DNA of 64,000 nucleotides from the human T2T-CHM13v2.0 reference genome, Homo sapiens. This document shows positions 44,067 to 59,581 of this stretch, one piece after another (position 1 is the stretch's first letter; each line of letters begins with the position of its first letter). The notes below the pieces were generated by a model that was given only the letters and a program-made list of their open reading frames with translations, ran no database searches and was not told the origin of the DNA. Both the position numbers and the translations under genes were made by a program. Location of the stretch: the NCBI RefSeq assembly GCF_009914755.1, contig NC_060926.1; one strand, given 5' to 3'.

Positions 44067-45699
44067 ATGGACCTTATTAAGCCTCAGAAAATAAACAGGA
44101 TTAGACCTGGTTGGGACCTGAATAAATGATCACCCTATCCTTCCCCTTTATTCTCTTTCTATGCCAAGATATGTTATTTATTCAATCACTCAATGAGCTC
44201 ATCCTGAGACTGACTCAGTCCTGGGTTAAGGCACAACCCAGCATTCAGAAGAAATAGAAATCTTGGCCTCTGCCATCAGGAAGCTTTCAATGTAATTGGG
44301 AATAACAGTGACAAAAGAATATAGATCTTAAGGAAACCTTAAAGGATAGATAACTTAAAAGATTAAATCAAAGACCATTTTCAGGTGGAAAATTCCTCCC
44401 TAAAGCCCTGCAATCTTGAGGTACTTCTTATAGGAGCTGTAAGCCAACATACAAGTTGCCTAAAAACACAGCTGTACATATTTTGAAAGGTGGGTTCAGG
44501 GCTTTGTAGATTAGTGGAGTTAAATCACTATGTCCTGGTTCTAATGTGTCCTGGTTTTCACTTACTGGCAGATTCATTCGAAAGGGTTTTGTTACATAAC
44601 GTCTATGTGTGAAGAGCTGACATTCTAGTCAGGCTGCTGGGCCAGATGTTTGAGCTCTTCTGGTAACCAAATGTGTGCACTAACACAGAAACCCTATCAG
44701 GCAGGATGGGAGCTCGCCTCTGCCCTGGTGCACTCCCCAGAGCATCATTTCCTCCACCGTCTCCCCCTGGCCTAGGGGGTTAAATTGTTTGGTTTCCACC
44801 ATTGCCACATCATGGATTCCTGCTGTCTTTCTTCCTAAACTCCCTGAGGTGGGGCCAAGCAGACATGCAGGCAGCCTCTTTTATAGAGGATTTAGCAACT
44901 CAACTGGTAATGTTAGAACATGGTGTTAGAGAATAGAGTTTGGCATGTGGCCTGCATTTCCACAGTCTTCTCTTCCTCTGCTGATCTTTGAGGAAACAAG
45001 AGAAGTAGGCACAGAAGTGAGGCAGAAAACATTTGGAATCAGCAAAAACATCAAACAACAGATGTCTGTATGTCTGGCATTCAAAATGGACACAGAAATA
45101 GGTTTCTATAGGCTTAACTGAGCAAATAAGAGAAGATAAGATTCTTCTACAAGTGCTTGACACGTACTAAATTGCTTATTGAGCCAACCAAGGAATCTGT
45201 CAGATGCCTGACAGACATCTAGAGAAAACTACTAAGCCCATCTTTCTAAACGTAGCAATTGTGCATTTGCATCAACGTGTATGTATAAATCCTTCATAGT
45301 CATAGGACTTATGCTCCTGAAAAAACCATAGGCCCGTCACCTTAGCTTTTGGATATGAGTCCCAGTTTTTCTGCTTTACTAATGACATGACTCTGAGCAA
45401 GTCATTCAAAATGTCACAGTCTCCATTTCCTTATTGTGAAGACCTCTTATACTTCTAAAAAGCATTCTTTTCTAACTTATACTCCTTGTGGCACATGTAG
45501 TGTCTCTGTATTCTTTTACTTAAATTTCAGTTTCTTGCTTCACATCCAGGCCTGTTCCACTTTTCTGCAAAATGAGCAAACCTGCCTAAAATTAAAATAA
45601 AATAAGCTTTAAGAAAAATCACAACTTCAACTCCTAAATGACTCATCTGTCAGAAGGCAGTGAGTCCCCCTTTTCGCATGGTGGTTCAGAAGCTAATGG

Positions 45700-45930
45700 C
45701 TGAGTTCTAAGGGCATGGCATTTGGTGCCTAACAGACCTCGATTCCAGTTCTGATTCTGACAAGTTACCAGCTGTGTGATCTTGGACACATTACTTAACT
45801 TCACTAAGATCAGTTTTCTCATCTGTACCTCCCCAGGCTGTGGTGAGGTTTAAATGACATCAGACATGTACAATATTTCACAGAGGGCCTGGCTCACATT
45901 GAGGGAGCAATTAGCATTAGTTATTATTGT
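45700..45930 (+). mobile_element. MIR SINE
   Basis: ttaccagctgtgtgatcttggacacattacttaacttc...cagttttctcatctgta. Confidence 0.75.
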
Positions 45931-47169
45931 CTTGGCAAACATGACCTCTAAATTAGTTTCCTGGGACTGAAGGTGGCATATACTCATGACATTTATTAAG
46001 CTTCGAGAGTCCCATATACTAATTCTCTAATTTCATTATTCCTCCAACAAAAAGTCTACATTTAGATGGCAATGTACTGTGTAAGATCCATATTCACAAA
46101 CATTGCCTTTTTTCCTCTGACCTTCAGTCTATTTCTCTTGTGATATGCCACATAGCATTATCCCGAGCCCCAATTTTTAGATACAAAAGGATGATAAAAG
46201 TGAAATAAAGTGGAACACTGACCATTAGATACCAACAAACTTAAGCAAATATTCCCAAACATTTAGCCAACTAATTATTGGGTTTTTTCCATGGTAGGAG
46301 TATGGTAAAGGAGAGTTGTTTTTACTTAATAACGATTTTATTCATGTGCATTAATCAAACATACATTATGCCAATGAGAAATTAATATGCAGGCCAGGCA
46401 AGATATATGATCTCTTCTATGCAGAGACAACTGAGTACTACACTGAGGGGCTGATATCAATTCAAGTAGGTAGTGCTTGGCAACTGACCACTGCTAAGAA
46501 AGACTTTGATTCATTCCTAAGTACAATTATTCCTACCTAGCCTATGTACTGTTACTGTGTGCCCAGTAGAGATAGGAATGCCATAGTGGTATCAAACAAC
46601 TCCTGACCTAAAGGAATGTTTCTCCAGCTGGGGAAGAAAAGACAAGAAAACACCACCAGACCATACATAATGACAGTCCTACATTGTTCAGGACTAGCTG
46701 TGAATGCCCTAAGGCAGTGACTTTCTAAAATGTAGGCACCGTGGGCTCTTAAGAAATCCTTTCAGGGGAGTACAATGTGCAAAACAGACACAGAGGAGGT
46801 GAGTTGATTAAAGAGGAAGTGGAGGACCCCTCCCCTGTGGCTCCCTCCGGCTACTGAGATCACAGATTTTCAAACTGCCTGGATTTGAAAACTGGCTAAG
46901 ATTTGAATGGACAGAGAGGAGGGAGGAAGGTGTTCTGCGTTAGGAGGACCAGTAAGCCCAAAGGTAAAAGGGTGGGAATTCAAATAAGAAGTGATAGGCC
47001 CTTCTCGGGACACCTAGTGAGGATGCACTGGTAAGTAGTGAAAGGAACCCACCTGGTTGCTTTTGGTGTTCAACCTAAATTAATTTTTGAATATTTTAAG
47101 CCTGGTGAAATAGTGAACAAATGCTCTAAATCAGGGCAGATGCGAAGCTTAAGGTTATTGGCCAAGTAA

Positions 47170-47388
<219 letters not shown>

Positions 47389-47768
47389 AACCAGCAGAAA
47401 AGAGTCTTATTTGCTGGAAAGACCCCCAGCAAGGGCATAGTGAGCCCTTACAGTGGTTCCAGTCAGAAAAGGCACCACTTGGGTGGGCACAGCCCCATGG
47501 GTGTCCAACTTGGTAAGCAGAGCAAGGCTGGACTTGAGTCCCCGTCCTCCACAAAACACAGAGCCACAAGCCCCAGCCCTGCAGCAGCCCTCCGGAAGCA
47601 GCGGGGCACTGGTTTCCTTGTCCCCTGCCATCTACCGAGTGGCTCACTCTCAGGTGGGAGTGCTGGTGATGGTTAATTAGGACTGCAGAAACATGAGCCT
47701 CCTTAACAAAGTATTGGGACTCTTAAGGGTAAGTGTGAAAAAGGAATGGTCTAAATGCATTAATCTTG

Positions 47769-47774
47769 AATAAA
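47769..47774 (+). terminator. Intronic polyadenylation signal AATAAA for the short isoform
   Basis: First AATAAA after the read-through stop (~380 nt 3' UTR), followed by CA dinucleotides and a U-rich stretch at ~47818-47823. Confidence 0.6.
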
Positions 47775-48037
47775 CCGAAAACCAAACCATTAGGCTTGCA
47801 CATGTAGATTCTGCAGCTTTTTTCAATCTGGATGATTCTTGCGTGGAGTAGCCAAGAAACTCTCATCGTGGTGAATATCTTACATGAAATACAGGAATAT
47901 GGAGTAAAACTAAGTGCATTTCATGAGAAAAAATGAATTATCATAACATTGGCTTCTTCACAAGACATTTGTAGCAGTCAAGTTCCTAATTTAAAGATGT
48001 ACGTGATTCATGTGGTTGACCAGGAGAGATGGGGAAG

Positions 48038-48111
48038 ATGATTATATGAGGGACAGATGCCAGAAGCACTGGTTATGATTTGCATCTGGCATCCGTCACA
48101 CAGATAATTAT
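48038..48111 (+). ncRNA. MIR3126: pre-miR-3126 hairpin (5p 48047-48068 TGAGGGACAGATGCCAGAAGCA; 3p 48083-48104 CATCTGGCATCCGTCACACAGA)
   Basis: Arms are complementary (GATGCCAGA/TCTGGCATC core plus a flanking stem). Sequence and ANTXR1-intronic position recognised as MIR3126. Confidence 0.9.
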
Positions 48112-48273
48112 TTATTCCACATCTGCAGTGATAACTGTCATAATATACTGCATTTTCTGTAATGCTATGTACCTTCTAAATGCTTCACATCTTTTTGCTA
48201 CAACAGCCCTGAGAGGTAAAGAGAGCAAGGAGGACAGGAGGACACACATTTGTTGACTAATCACTCACACTAG

Positions 48274-48607
<334 letters not shown>

Positions 48608-49147
48608 TGAAGGAGGTTATCTTGTTTTTAAAGAAGAAGAATTGAAGGGCTATGGATATTTCCTTCTTGACATCATAAAACCCACTTTAGTAGTTAAACA
48701 GACACATGCTGTGTCTTCCTCACAAACATCTGGAATTCCTGGCCTTGGAGTAATTCCAAACATTAGAAACATTCGGTTAGTTTTCTTAATATTTGGAAAT
48801 GCTCTCACAGATCCAAAAAGTACGTGCTATTTGAAAACATTCTGAAATATCCCTGAGTAGTCACAGTGTGAAAGTTGGACGTGTGCCCCCAGCAGAGTTC
48901 TTTCTTTTTTCTCCCTGTCAATTGTGATGTCACTTAAGTCCCCCTTTTCTCTTTAACCAAAATCCCAAGTCTAACATCAGAAACTCCTGAAGGTTTAACT
49001 CAAAGACATCAATACCTTCCAAAGAAGACTTCCCAAACAAGCAGGCTTTCAGGCCCAAGCTCTCTGAAGATACATGGAAGTGGGCTGGGGAGAGAGAGAA
49101 TCTACCCTATGTGCCGTTGCTCAAAGGTTACACAAGATGCTGTATTA

Positions 49148-49506
<359 letters not shown>

Positions 49507-51446
49507 CTATTTTCCAACTTCTTTGGGAAATTTTATTTCTTTCTTGGGAAACCAGTCCATCCCTCTCTCTCCTTTCTTCCTTTCCTAATATATAGTTGCA
49601 AACATATGCACAGGCTTGTCACCTCATTCATATTCAAAAAGAAATGGAGGTTGTTGGGGTAGGGATTTGGCTTAAATCACAAACCCGTGCCTTTAGCACA
49701 ATACTAAGTTTGGAGAAGATGAAGGCAGTGATTTGATCATATTCTATGCTGCAAGCAACACCCCAAAACTCAAGCATACAGCTATTAAAAATATTCTAAG
49801 GGGAAAAATAGCGTTTGAGGAAAACACTTGGCCTTTAGTTAGTAATTCACCTGTTCATTTCCATGGAGAAAATAATATGAACAAGAACCTGTGGAGGTAG
49901 AAAAGATGAACAAATTCTAAAATGCAGCACGTTTAGATCTACATTTTTCTGTCAACTTTATAAATGTCATAGTTTCTACTGATTCCTCCCTGTAAAATAA
50001 AATACACTTAGATTCCTTTACCTTTCCCATTTTCCTTCCCCACCTCTATACCCCAAGTTTTAAAATGTTATCTGTTTTTATTTTTATATCACATATTTCT
50101 TTTTTCAAGATTTTTTTTCCTAAGTGCTGCATTGGAATTTGTGACAAAAAGAGAACATAAGTGCCATTATTAATGAGAAAGACTTAATTGAAGGCCCAAT
50201 AATGAAGCTAAGGCTGTGTGGCTCTAGCCACTTCAAACATGAGGCAGACCTCAGGATCTTCAGCAAATAATGCAATAGCAAGCTATATGAAGCAAAATCT
50301 GTCAAAAGAACAAATTAAAAATGATATGGATAGTGGGAGATATTAATATGATTTTTCAAGTCTTAAAACTTAATTTAAAAGTTAGAGATATAGAGCATAT
50401 ATCTTTATGCTCTAAAGATATAGGTAGGGCATATAATACTTTTTTAAATGACTGTGAACAACTTTGCAAATTGATCATGCTAAGACATGGATAAAATGCC
50501 AATATATTAATGCCAAAAGTAGAAATTGTTTAGACACATTCTTAGATGATAAGCATAACCAGAAGATAGGTTAATACATGCTTCTCTCCCAATTTCCTTG
50601 CATTTGCTTAAAAAATCAACCACTTAGAAATCCAAGACAGTTTCTAGATTTGTGGTCAACAAAATAGATCCAAAAATCTGGATGAAATATGATTTTTAAA
50701 ATTACATTGTGTGGCCTCACTCAAAGGAAAGAAGTGGGAATCTCCAAGTATAGGAAACAAAATGGGAATAAAAACCTAAGTAAGAAACAAAGTCACAGGG
50801 TCTCCAGGCCAGGCTGCGGGCTGTGACCCCGATGCTGATGCAGTTACAGGACACCAGATCTCAGGTCTGTGCCAAGGCATCACACAAAAACAGAGCCCCC
50901 TGCAGAAATCAGGCTCCAGCAGGATACACCAATCATTTAATTGGGCAAGGAAGCAGGCAGGGGATGAAAATCCACAGGTGTAATGATGTTACACCACCCA
51001 TGTGATACAGAAGCACCAAGTCAAGAAACTAGCCCCAAAATGTGTCCGTGATCTTCCTGATCTCTGTGGCCCTACAGAGGCCATGCACCTTCACCCTGTG
51101 GGAGTCTTCCACATAGCCCAGCCCCACAGCATGCCTGCAGCAAACAACCCCCTAAAGGTGGGCTGATGGCACAAAATGACAAACCATGTCAAGATGAATG
51201 AAACAAACAGAACAAACAAGAAGAGAGGATCAGAGAGCCAATCTGAAAGAGAATGGAAAATAAACGTGTTTAAAATGTGTGAAGACATGAAACAGATCAT
51301 AGGGGAAAGAATACTCATCAAAAGCAGATTTGCAGAAGAACTGAGTATAAATTCTAGATTTGAAAAAGTTTATTCACTGAAATAAAACTTCATGGATGGA
51401 TTAAACAGTGTGATTAGACACAGATGAACAGGAAATATATGAATGA

Positions 51447-51895
<449 letters not shown>

Positions 51896-52367
51896 AAGAA
51901 AAAGCATATAAATTCATTCTATGATAATAACATAATCTTGGTTTAAAAAAAAAAACTGGACAAAGGCACTAAAAGTAGACAATATTTGAGATCAAGCTCG
52001 CTGATGACAAACATCTAAATCAAATATTGGCAAACAAAATCCAGCAATGTATTTAAAAAGGACCAAGATAGCTAAGACAACTTTGAAGACAGAGGGGGAA
52101 TTTGTTCCTCATATAGCAAAAGTTACTGATGCCAAGAAGATATTAAAATTCATTATCTGTTCCTAATTTTAAAAATATATTTCTAGTAAACTAGGAATAG
52201 GATAAGACTTCTTTAACATAAAAATGTATCTACATATCTGAATTCAAAACTCAACATCATTCTAATAATAAATCACTATGTAGAGGAATTCACTTTAAAG
52301 TTCAGAAGAAAAAAAGCAGGACAATCCATTTCACCACTATTATCTAATATTGATCTGAAAGTTCTAG

Positions 52368-52558
52368 CAGCACTGTCCAATAGAACTTTCTGTAATGATG
52401 GAAGTGTTCTAAGATGGTAGCCACAAGCCACATGTGGCTGCTGGGCATTTGAAATGTGGCTAGTGCAATTGAGGAACTGAATTAGTAATTTCATTTAATT
52501 TTTATTAACTTAAATGTAAATAGCCACAATGGCTAGTGACTACCATATTAGACAATGC
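52368..52558. mobile_element. MER3-type hAT-Charlie element
   Basis: cagcactgtccaatagaactttctgtaatgatggaa...agccacatgtggct...tggctagtgactaccatattagaca. Confidence 0.8.
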
Positions 52559-52816
52559 CATGAACATTATAATAACACCAGAAATCTGATAATAGATATA
52601 AATACAGGAAAAGCAGCCAAACGTCATTGCTCTAAAATAATGCTTGTGTCTTCCTGGAAAACTAGAGAGTGAACAGAACTACTAGGCTACCGAGAGGGTA
52701 ATTAAGTTGGATGACTTCAAAATAAATACCTTGCTTATAACAATCAGTAGCTTTGCCAGTGTTCAGCAACGACCATTAGAAAATATCACAAGAAAAATAT
52801 AGCAACAACAAATAAA

Positions 52817-53230
52817 TTCTTTTATTTAACTTTCATTTTAAGTTCAGCGGGACAAGTGCAGGTTTCTTACATAAGTAAACTTGTGTCATGGGGATTTGTT
52901 GTACAGGTTGTTTCATCACCCAGGTATTAAGCCTAGTACCCATTAGTTATTTTTCCTGATCTTCTCTCTCCTCTCACCCTCCACCCTCTAGTAGGCCCCA
53001 GTGTGTGTTATTCCCTTCTGTGTCCATGTGTTCTCATCATTTAGCTCCCACTTACAAGTGAGAGCATGCAGTATTTGGTTTTCTCTTCCTGCATTAGTTT
53101 GCTAAGGATAATGGCCCCTAGCTCCAACCATGTTCCTGCAAAGGACATGATCTCGTTCTTTTCTATAGCTGCACAGTATTCCACGGTGTATATATACATT
53201 TTCTTTATCCAGTCTATCACTGACGGGCAG
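52817..53230 (-). mobile_element. 5'-truncated L1PA (older primate subfamily) 3' end
   Basis: Antisense L1PA 3'UTR (tgcaggtttcttacata...catttagctcccacttacaagtgagagcatgcagtatttgg); TSD ACAAATAAA at 52808-52816 / 53231-53239. Confidence 0.9.
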
Positions 53231-53347
53231 ACAAATAAAATGTAACAAGAACTAATTTAATCAAATTTGTAAAGACATATATGATGAAAGTCACAAAACT
53301 TTCTGAGGGATATAAAGCAAGTGTGAAGAGTTAGAAAGCCATAGACT

Positions 53348-53590
53348 TATGGCATAGTTACAAGCTCTGGAGCCAGACCACCAGGGAAAAAGAGTTCTGG
53401 CTCTGTCGTATCTAGCTGTGCGACTGTGACGTCTTATTTAACATCTCCATGCCTCAGTTTCTCTCTCTGTAAAATGAGTATGGCAATAATAGCCATACTA
53501 TGTCTTGGGTTGTTATGAGGTTTAAATGTGGCAGGCAGGGCTTAAAATGGGGCCCGATGCACAGTTAAGAGTCAGTCAGTGTTGGCTGCT
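53348..53590 (+). mobile_element. MIR SINE
   Basis: gctctggagccagac...gcctcagtttctctctctgtaaaatg...gggttgttatgagg. Confidence 0.8.
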
Positions 53591-54925
53591 GGTACTACCA
53601 TATCATCGTCACTGTTATTAAATGGAGCAGTAACTGAGTATTGTAAAGATATCAATTGTCTTCATCTTAATATCTACTTTTATTACAATCCAAATGAAAA
53701 TTCCAAGGGGACTTTTTAAGTTAACAAAATAATCTGAAGTTTATGTGGAAGAATAAACACACAAGAATAGCCAAGAAAAATGTGGAAACTCGCCCTGGCC
53801 GATTTTAAGATTTATAAAAACGCTGCAGTAATTGGAACAATGTATGATCACACCACAGTAGGCGAACTGAGCTTTGGAACAAAGCCCATAAACAGAACCA
53901 AACACTTAGGTGAATTTAGTATAAAATAAGGCAGCCTTTCAAATCTGTAGGGAAAGAGTGGGTTATTCAAAAAATGATGTTGAGACAACTGGCCAACCAC
54001 TTGGAAAAACAGTTAAGTTCATTTTTAATCTCACACCTTTCATCCAAACAAATTCCAGATGAAGGAAAACTTTTAATGGGACATGAAGCTGTAAAAATTC
54101 TAGAGGGAAACAAAAAAATGTATATAATCTTCCAGGTGGGAAGGATGTGTTAAACATGAAGGAGCATACCATGAAAGAAAAATTTGAATGTTTGAGTGCA
54201 TATTTTTAAATTCTCTTGTTAAACCCTACTACAATAAAACAAACAAGAAATAAAACTGGAAAAATAGGATATATAACAAACATAGGGTCAATAAACTTAG
54301 TATAAAGACAATTCCTAAAATCGGTTAAAAAAAGGTGAATATATCAGTGAGTAAAAGATATGCAAAGGAAATTTTTAAGAAAATAATGATTAATAAGCAT
54401 ATAGAAAATGTTTCATATAACCAAGAAAATGCAAATTGAAATAATCAATTGCCATTTTTACTTTGTCAGACTGACAAAGATTAACAAAACTACAACACGC
54501 AGTCTTGGAAAACCTGTAGGAAAACAGGTGTTTTCATTCATCATCAGTGAGAGACCATTAAATCGTTAGGAAGGAAATTTTTTAAATGAGTCAACTGCTT
54601 TTATACATTTTGACCCAGAATTTCAATTTCAGCTTCATCAAAAGAAGGTGACTGGGAATGTTTACAAAGACTTGGCCACAAGGATATTCATCACAGTATT
54701 GTTTATAATAGCAAAAGAAAAAATGGAAAGAACAAAGGGAATGAGGGAGAGAGGGAAAAGAAAAACATCTAAATGGTAACAACCTAAATGTCTGACAATA
54801 GGTAATCTGTTAGATAAGTTATACTTCACCCCTAAATAATTAAACAATGTTGTAGAAGAATAATTACTGATGTGGGGAGTGGGGAATGTTAATAATATGG
54901 CAAAAATAAATAAATAAATAAGTTA

Positions 54926-55261
<336 letters not shown>

Positions 55262-56519
55262 TTAAACACACATATTTATATGCAGACAGAGACTGGAAAG
55301 ATAGTCATCAAAATGTTAACAGCCATCACCTCTGAATGAAACCACTATTAATTTTTGCTTTCTTCTTTCCATCTATCTGTGTTTTCTAAGTTCTCTGGGA
55401 TCATATGTCCCTGACGTAATCAGAAAAGAACCCACAAAATTGATTTAAAACTTAATTTTTAAATTCTTGCTAACTATTGAGGTCTAGAATACATCTTAAG
55501 TTTAACATTTGGTTAGTTCCTCAGTCACCAGGCTGAACTCTGCTGGCCAAGAAAATATCTTGGAAATCTTCACACAAACTGTATTTACTCTGGCCGCACT
55601 TTTTCCTCCTTTAGTATTCAGTGTACTGTGCCAAGAAAAGATCCACTTTCAACTGGAGATCCACTTTCAGAGAGATTCAAATGCTAAAAAGGAGACACTG
55701 GAGTATGAGCTGAGAAGTGATCCATTTTATGCACTGTAAATTAAAAATGGATGTTTTACTAATGCAATAATGAAAAACATGCTAGACTATCCTAGTGTTG
55801 CATGGAGATGCATGAGGTATGACTATAAACAAAAGAAACTGATTTTTAACAAACTCACTAAAATTGAGTTTATAGGCCATGTGAGAAATCAGATTCATTA
55901 TATTATAGGCACACTTTATTTTTTGATGCAAAATTTTATTTCTCAACTTGATTTTCAATCCTATTCACCAGGCATGGCTCTGGTTTACTTTTGCACACTC
56001 TCAAAGGATAAAGCTTTGTCCCATTTGAACATATTTCCCCAAACTGAACATCGGTCAGGAAGGCAGTTCTAGGAGTTCTGAGGAGGGGGCTCAACTTCCT
56101 AGGGGGAAGAGAGACAACACTCATTCGAACGTAGACGTTCCAGAGGGTGTTGTTTTCAAAAACATGCCCAATTTTCCAGAAACTAAACTTCATCTTAGAA
56201 AACACCTGGGCTCCAGGGCTGCTGTGGGCACCCTAAGGAGATCATTAAAGTGCAGATGGGGAGGGAGGATCGAGGGCAGGAGAACATAAACTTCCCAAAA
56301 AAAAGCCTATTGTTTCCTTTGTTATGGGTTAGAGTCTTGCCATATGTTGGTCAAAGGCACTTAACGCAATCTCGATACATCCCTAGGGATTTTATATCAT
56401 GTGAAGGTGATGAAATGCCATTTTGTGTAACTCAGAATGAAGAGACGTAAAGGAGCGTACAGTCTCATGTTCTTCATGGGGATGCCCATCAGAATCACCA
56501 GGGAGCTTCCGCCAAGTGA

Positions 56520-56955
56520 TAGCAGCTACTGATTGTTGAGTACCTACTCTGCACCAGGTGCTGGGCCAAGCACCCTCCTGTATTATCTCATTTCATCATC
56601 ACCGCAGCCCAAAGAGGGAGGAGTTATTTGAATCCCCATTTTGCTGATGAACTCAGAGAGATGAAGTGCCCAAGTTCGCGCAGTTGGCAGGGGTGGAAAG
56701 GACTTGAACCTGGGCAGTCGGACTCCAAAGGCTTTAGACTGCTTCCCTACATTGCCTCCAAGACACAGATCCCCAAAGATCCCTGGGACCACTGACTCCA
56801 AATGCCCAGGTGACAGATGTGTGCCTGATTCAGAGATGCTGATTTCAATAGATCCCCCTCATTTTGCAGAAAGATAATCGCAGATCAGAGAGATGTAACT
56901 CCTTGCCAAAGGTCACAGGACACATTAGTAGAGAAGTCAAGACTTGAACCTAAGA
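56520..56955 (-). mobile_element. MIR fragments
   Basis: ttgagtacctactctgcaccagg...ccccattttgctgatg...gacttgaacctgggcagtcggactcc; second core cattttgcaga...aaggtcacag. Confidence 0.65.
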
Positions 56956-59358
56956 TCAAGAGAAAAAGCCCCCGACCAGGGTAGGAAGAACCCCAGGCAT
57001 TAGGGTGTCAGTGTCTGCAGCTGGCTGTGTGACCACAGTTAAGGCACCTCTCCTCATTCCCCGAGTGGCCCTTTTTCTTGAACTTCAGGAGCATTTTGTG
57101 TATCTGGTGGTGTTTCCCCTTTGGCCCTCTTTCAGACAGAACTCTGGTCTTTGCCCACTGATTTTTGAAGTGGCTCCTGCAGAGACTGTGTTAGTGGATG
57201 TTCCCATCTTTCAGTTCTAGAAAAATACAGATACGTTGAAATTTACTGCCATAATCTAGAATGGTTGGGGGACAAAAGGGAAGTCGCCACCAGAGGTAAC
57301 TAGGTGGCAAGGTTTTCAGTTGGGAGTAAAAGAGTTTATTCTGGGGGTGAGTTGACACAGTCCAAAGTTAGCTGCACCAGTCCCTGGTGGACAGTCATCC
57401 TTGATGTTTCCCCTGCTCTACCAAGTTTGAAATTGACTCCACGTGAAAATCGTGAGCTCCACGAGGACTCCAGGCATGTGCTGCATTTGTTTTATGCATG
57501 GCTGGGAGAGATTTGCTTGTGAACTTCTCTGAAACCCACCTTCCCCCTAGTCCTGCTGTCCTGCGGGGGTAAGTTGGCATCCCCCTCTATTTCTGCACCC
57601 CATGGCTCAGTTTTCATGTAAGGTGACCAGCAGGTGGATGCTGCCCTTCCCCATGCAATACTGCTCCTCTGCCATTTCAGTAGGATGATGGAAGAGAAGG
57701 TGATTAACTCAGAGACAGGCCATACTCCTGGAACCCCAGGCAGGCTAATAGTCTGTGTCCCTTCAAACTGACATTCTTTAAATATTTGTTCAACATCCAT
57801 TGAGAGAAGTTGGGTACTGCTGAGGGAAAGGAAGAAAGTGCTCCTGGTGGCTCTGTCCCCCATGCCATTCAGCTCTGGCAGCCAGCAAGCATCCCACAGC
57901 ACTTTAGTGGCCCAAGTGTGTGCCCAAGTTCTCCTTCCCACCTCTCCTCTGAGTTTCTCTGTAAATTTGTGTCCTTTAAGAGCAGTCAGCATTTGCCATA
58001 ACCCGTGGCCATGAGTGTGTGGAAGGCTTTAGCCATTTTGGTAGACTTGCCACTCAGTTCCAATTCCAAAGGTAAAATTATTCCAAATTTGTATACTGCC
58101 ACAAGGGTTCGTGTGTCAGGAGACACATACCTTGTGCATGAATCCTGAATTATCCTCTACCAAGTGAAAACAAAGCTTTGCAAATATTTGTATTCTTAGC
58201 AAGTTATAGCTGTTTTAAGTGCTGCAGTTATTCTGACCTCAGGATTACAAAATCTTAAAAAGCTGATGCTTTACTTAGAAGATAATTTGTAAGTTCTATA
58301 AATGTCAACAGTCAAGAATTGTTTTGGGTGTGGATTTATTGAGAGGAGAAAATACTTTGCAAGAACGCTGAACCCCATTAGCTTCATTTCATTTCCTTGT
58401 ACTGCCTAAAACTACCCTATTAACTTCAGATAAATGCCAAATGCCACAGAATTATATGTAATCTCAATTATGTTAAAAGTAATATGCATGGAAAAATTCT
58501 GAAATAGTATTTCCCAAGACATTAATTTTACCACTGGAAGTTGAGATTATCAAGGATTTTAATTTCTTTTTTATATACTTCTCTGTATTCCCCAGGCTTT
58601 TATACTAATATGTATTACTTTGTGATTAATACAAATAACAACACATATGGGTAGATAATAATTTACATCCTGAGAAGGCAGACCAGCTGTGCTGACAAAC
58701 AGTTCTCAATGCTGGTGTGCCCAGAGCTGTGAGGTCACAACCTTGTGCAGAACTTGGGGTGTGTAGCCCAACAGACAATCCAGATATCTGCAGGGCTGCT
58801 AGACCCTGGGCCTGCACTCCTCTGGGAATGGACTCATGGTCCCTCACCTTTTACTTCCTCTCCATCTGGGGCTATAATGTAATCTTGATCCTCATGAACA
58901 CAGTAACAATAATAACCCACTTCATTTCCTTCCAAGACTGCCCACAGCTCTGAGTCCTGTATTGGTATTTGTATGTAAGGTGTTCTGACTCTACAGCACC
59001 CCCATCCATGTCATGTCAGAGCCTTGGCGGCAATATAAGGCCCATTGCTGGAGTGCCCCATTTACATTATAAAGCTCCACCAGGCAGAGTGGCTCAGATG
59101 CAATTCCATCTACCCCTAAGAAAACCTGGACCCATTCAAGCCTGCAAGGAGGGCTTTATCAAGAGACATTCTCTTACTCCAACCAGGACTGGTCTTTCAA
59201 TGCCTCTCTAGCTGTTACCTCCTCCCTTTTCTACCCATCACCTCTAAACTTTTCTGGGCATTACACCAGTACCCTGCAGGCATGAACTACAGAGTTATAT
59301 CTGTAGGCCCCTCTACATTGGGCTAAAGAAGCATATAAAGCCATGGTAGACATTACGC

Positions 59359-59581
59359 CAGGTTTTCTAACCTCAACACTACTGACATTTTGGGCTGGAT
59401 AATTTATAGCTGGGGAGTGGGGAGGGGCCTGTCCTGTGCATTGGAGGATGTTCAGCACCATCCCTGGTCTCTACCCACTAGATGCCAATAGCATTCCTCC
59501 CCCAGTTGCAGTAACCAAAACTGCTCAGGCATTGCTAGTTGCCCCTTGAGGGGCAAAATCAACCCCCATTTGAGAACACTG
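59359..59581 (+). mobile_element. MER20 hAT-Charlie element
   Basis: aacctcaacactactgacattttgggctggataatt...ctgtcctgtgcattggaggatgttcagcaccatccctggtctctacccactagatgcc...ttgagaacactg. Confidence 0.9.

Noticed and set aside
55639-55669. AGATCCACTTTCA repeated at an 18-nt period (similar micro-duplications at ~8932 and ~44531)
   Set aside because: Ordinary slippage-type micro-duplications with no further structure.
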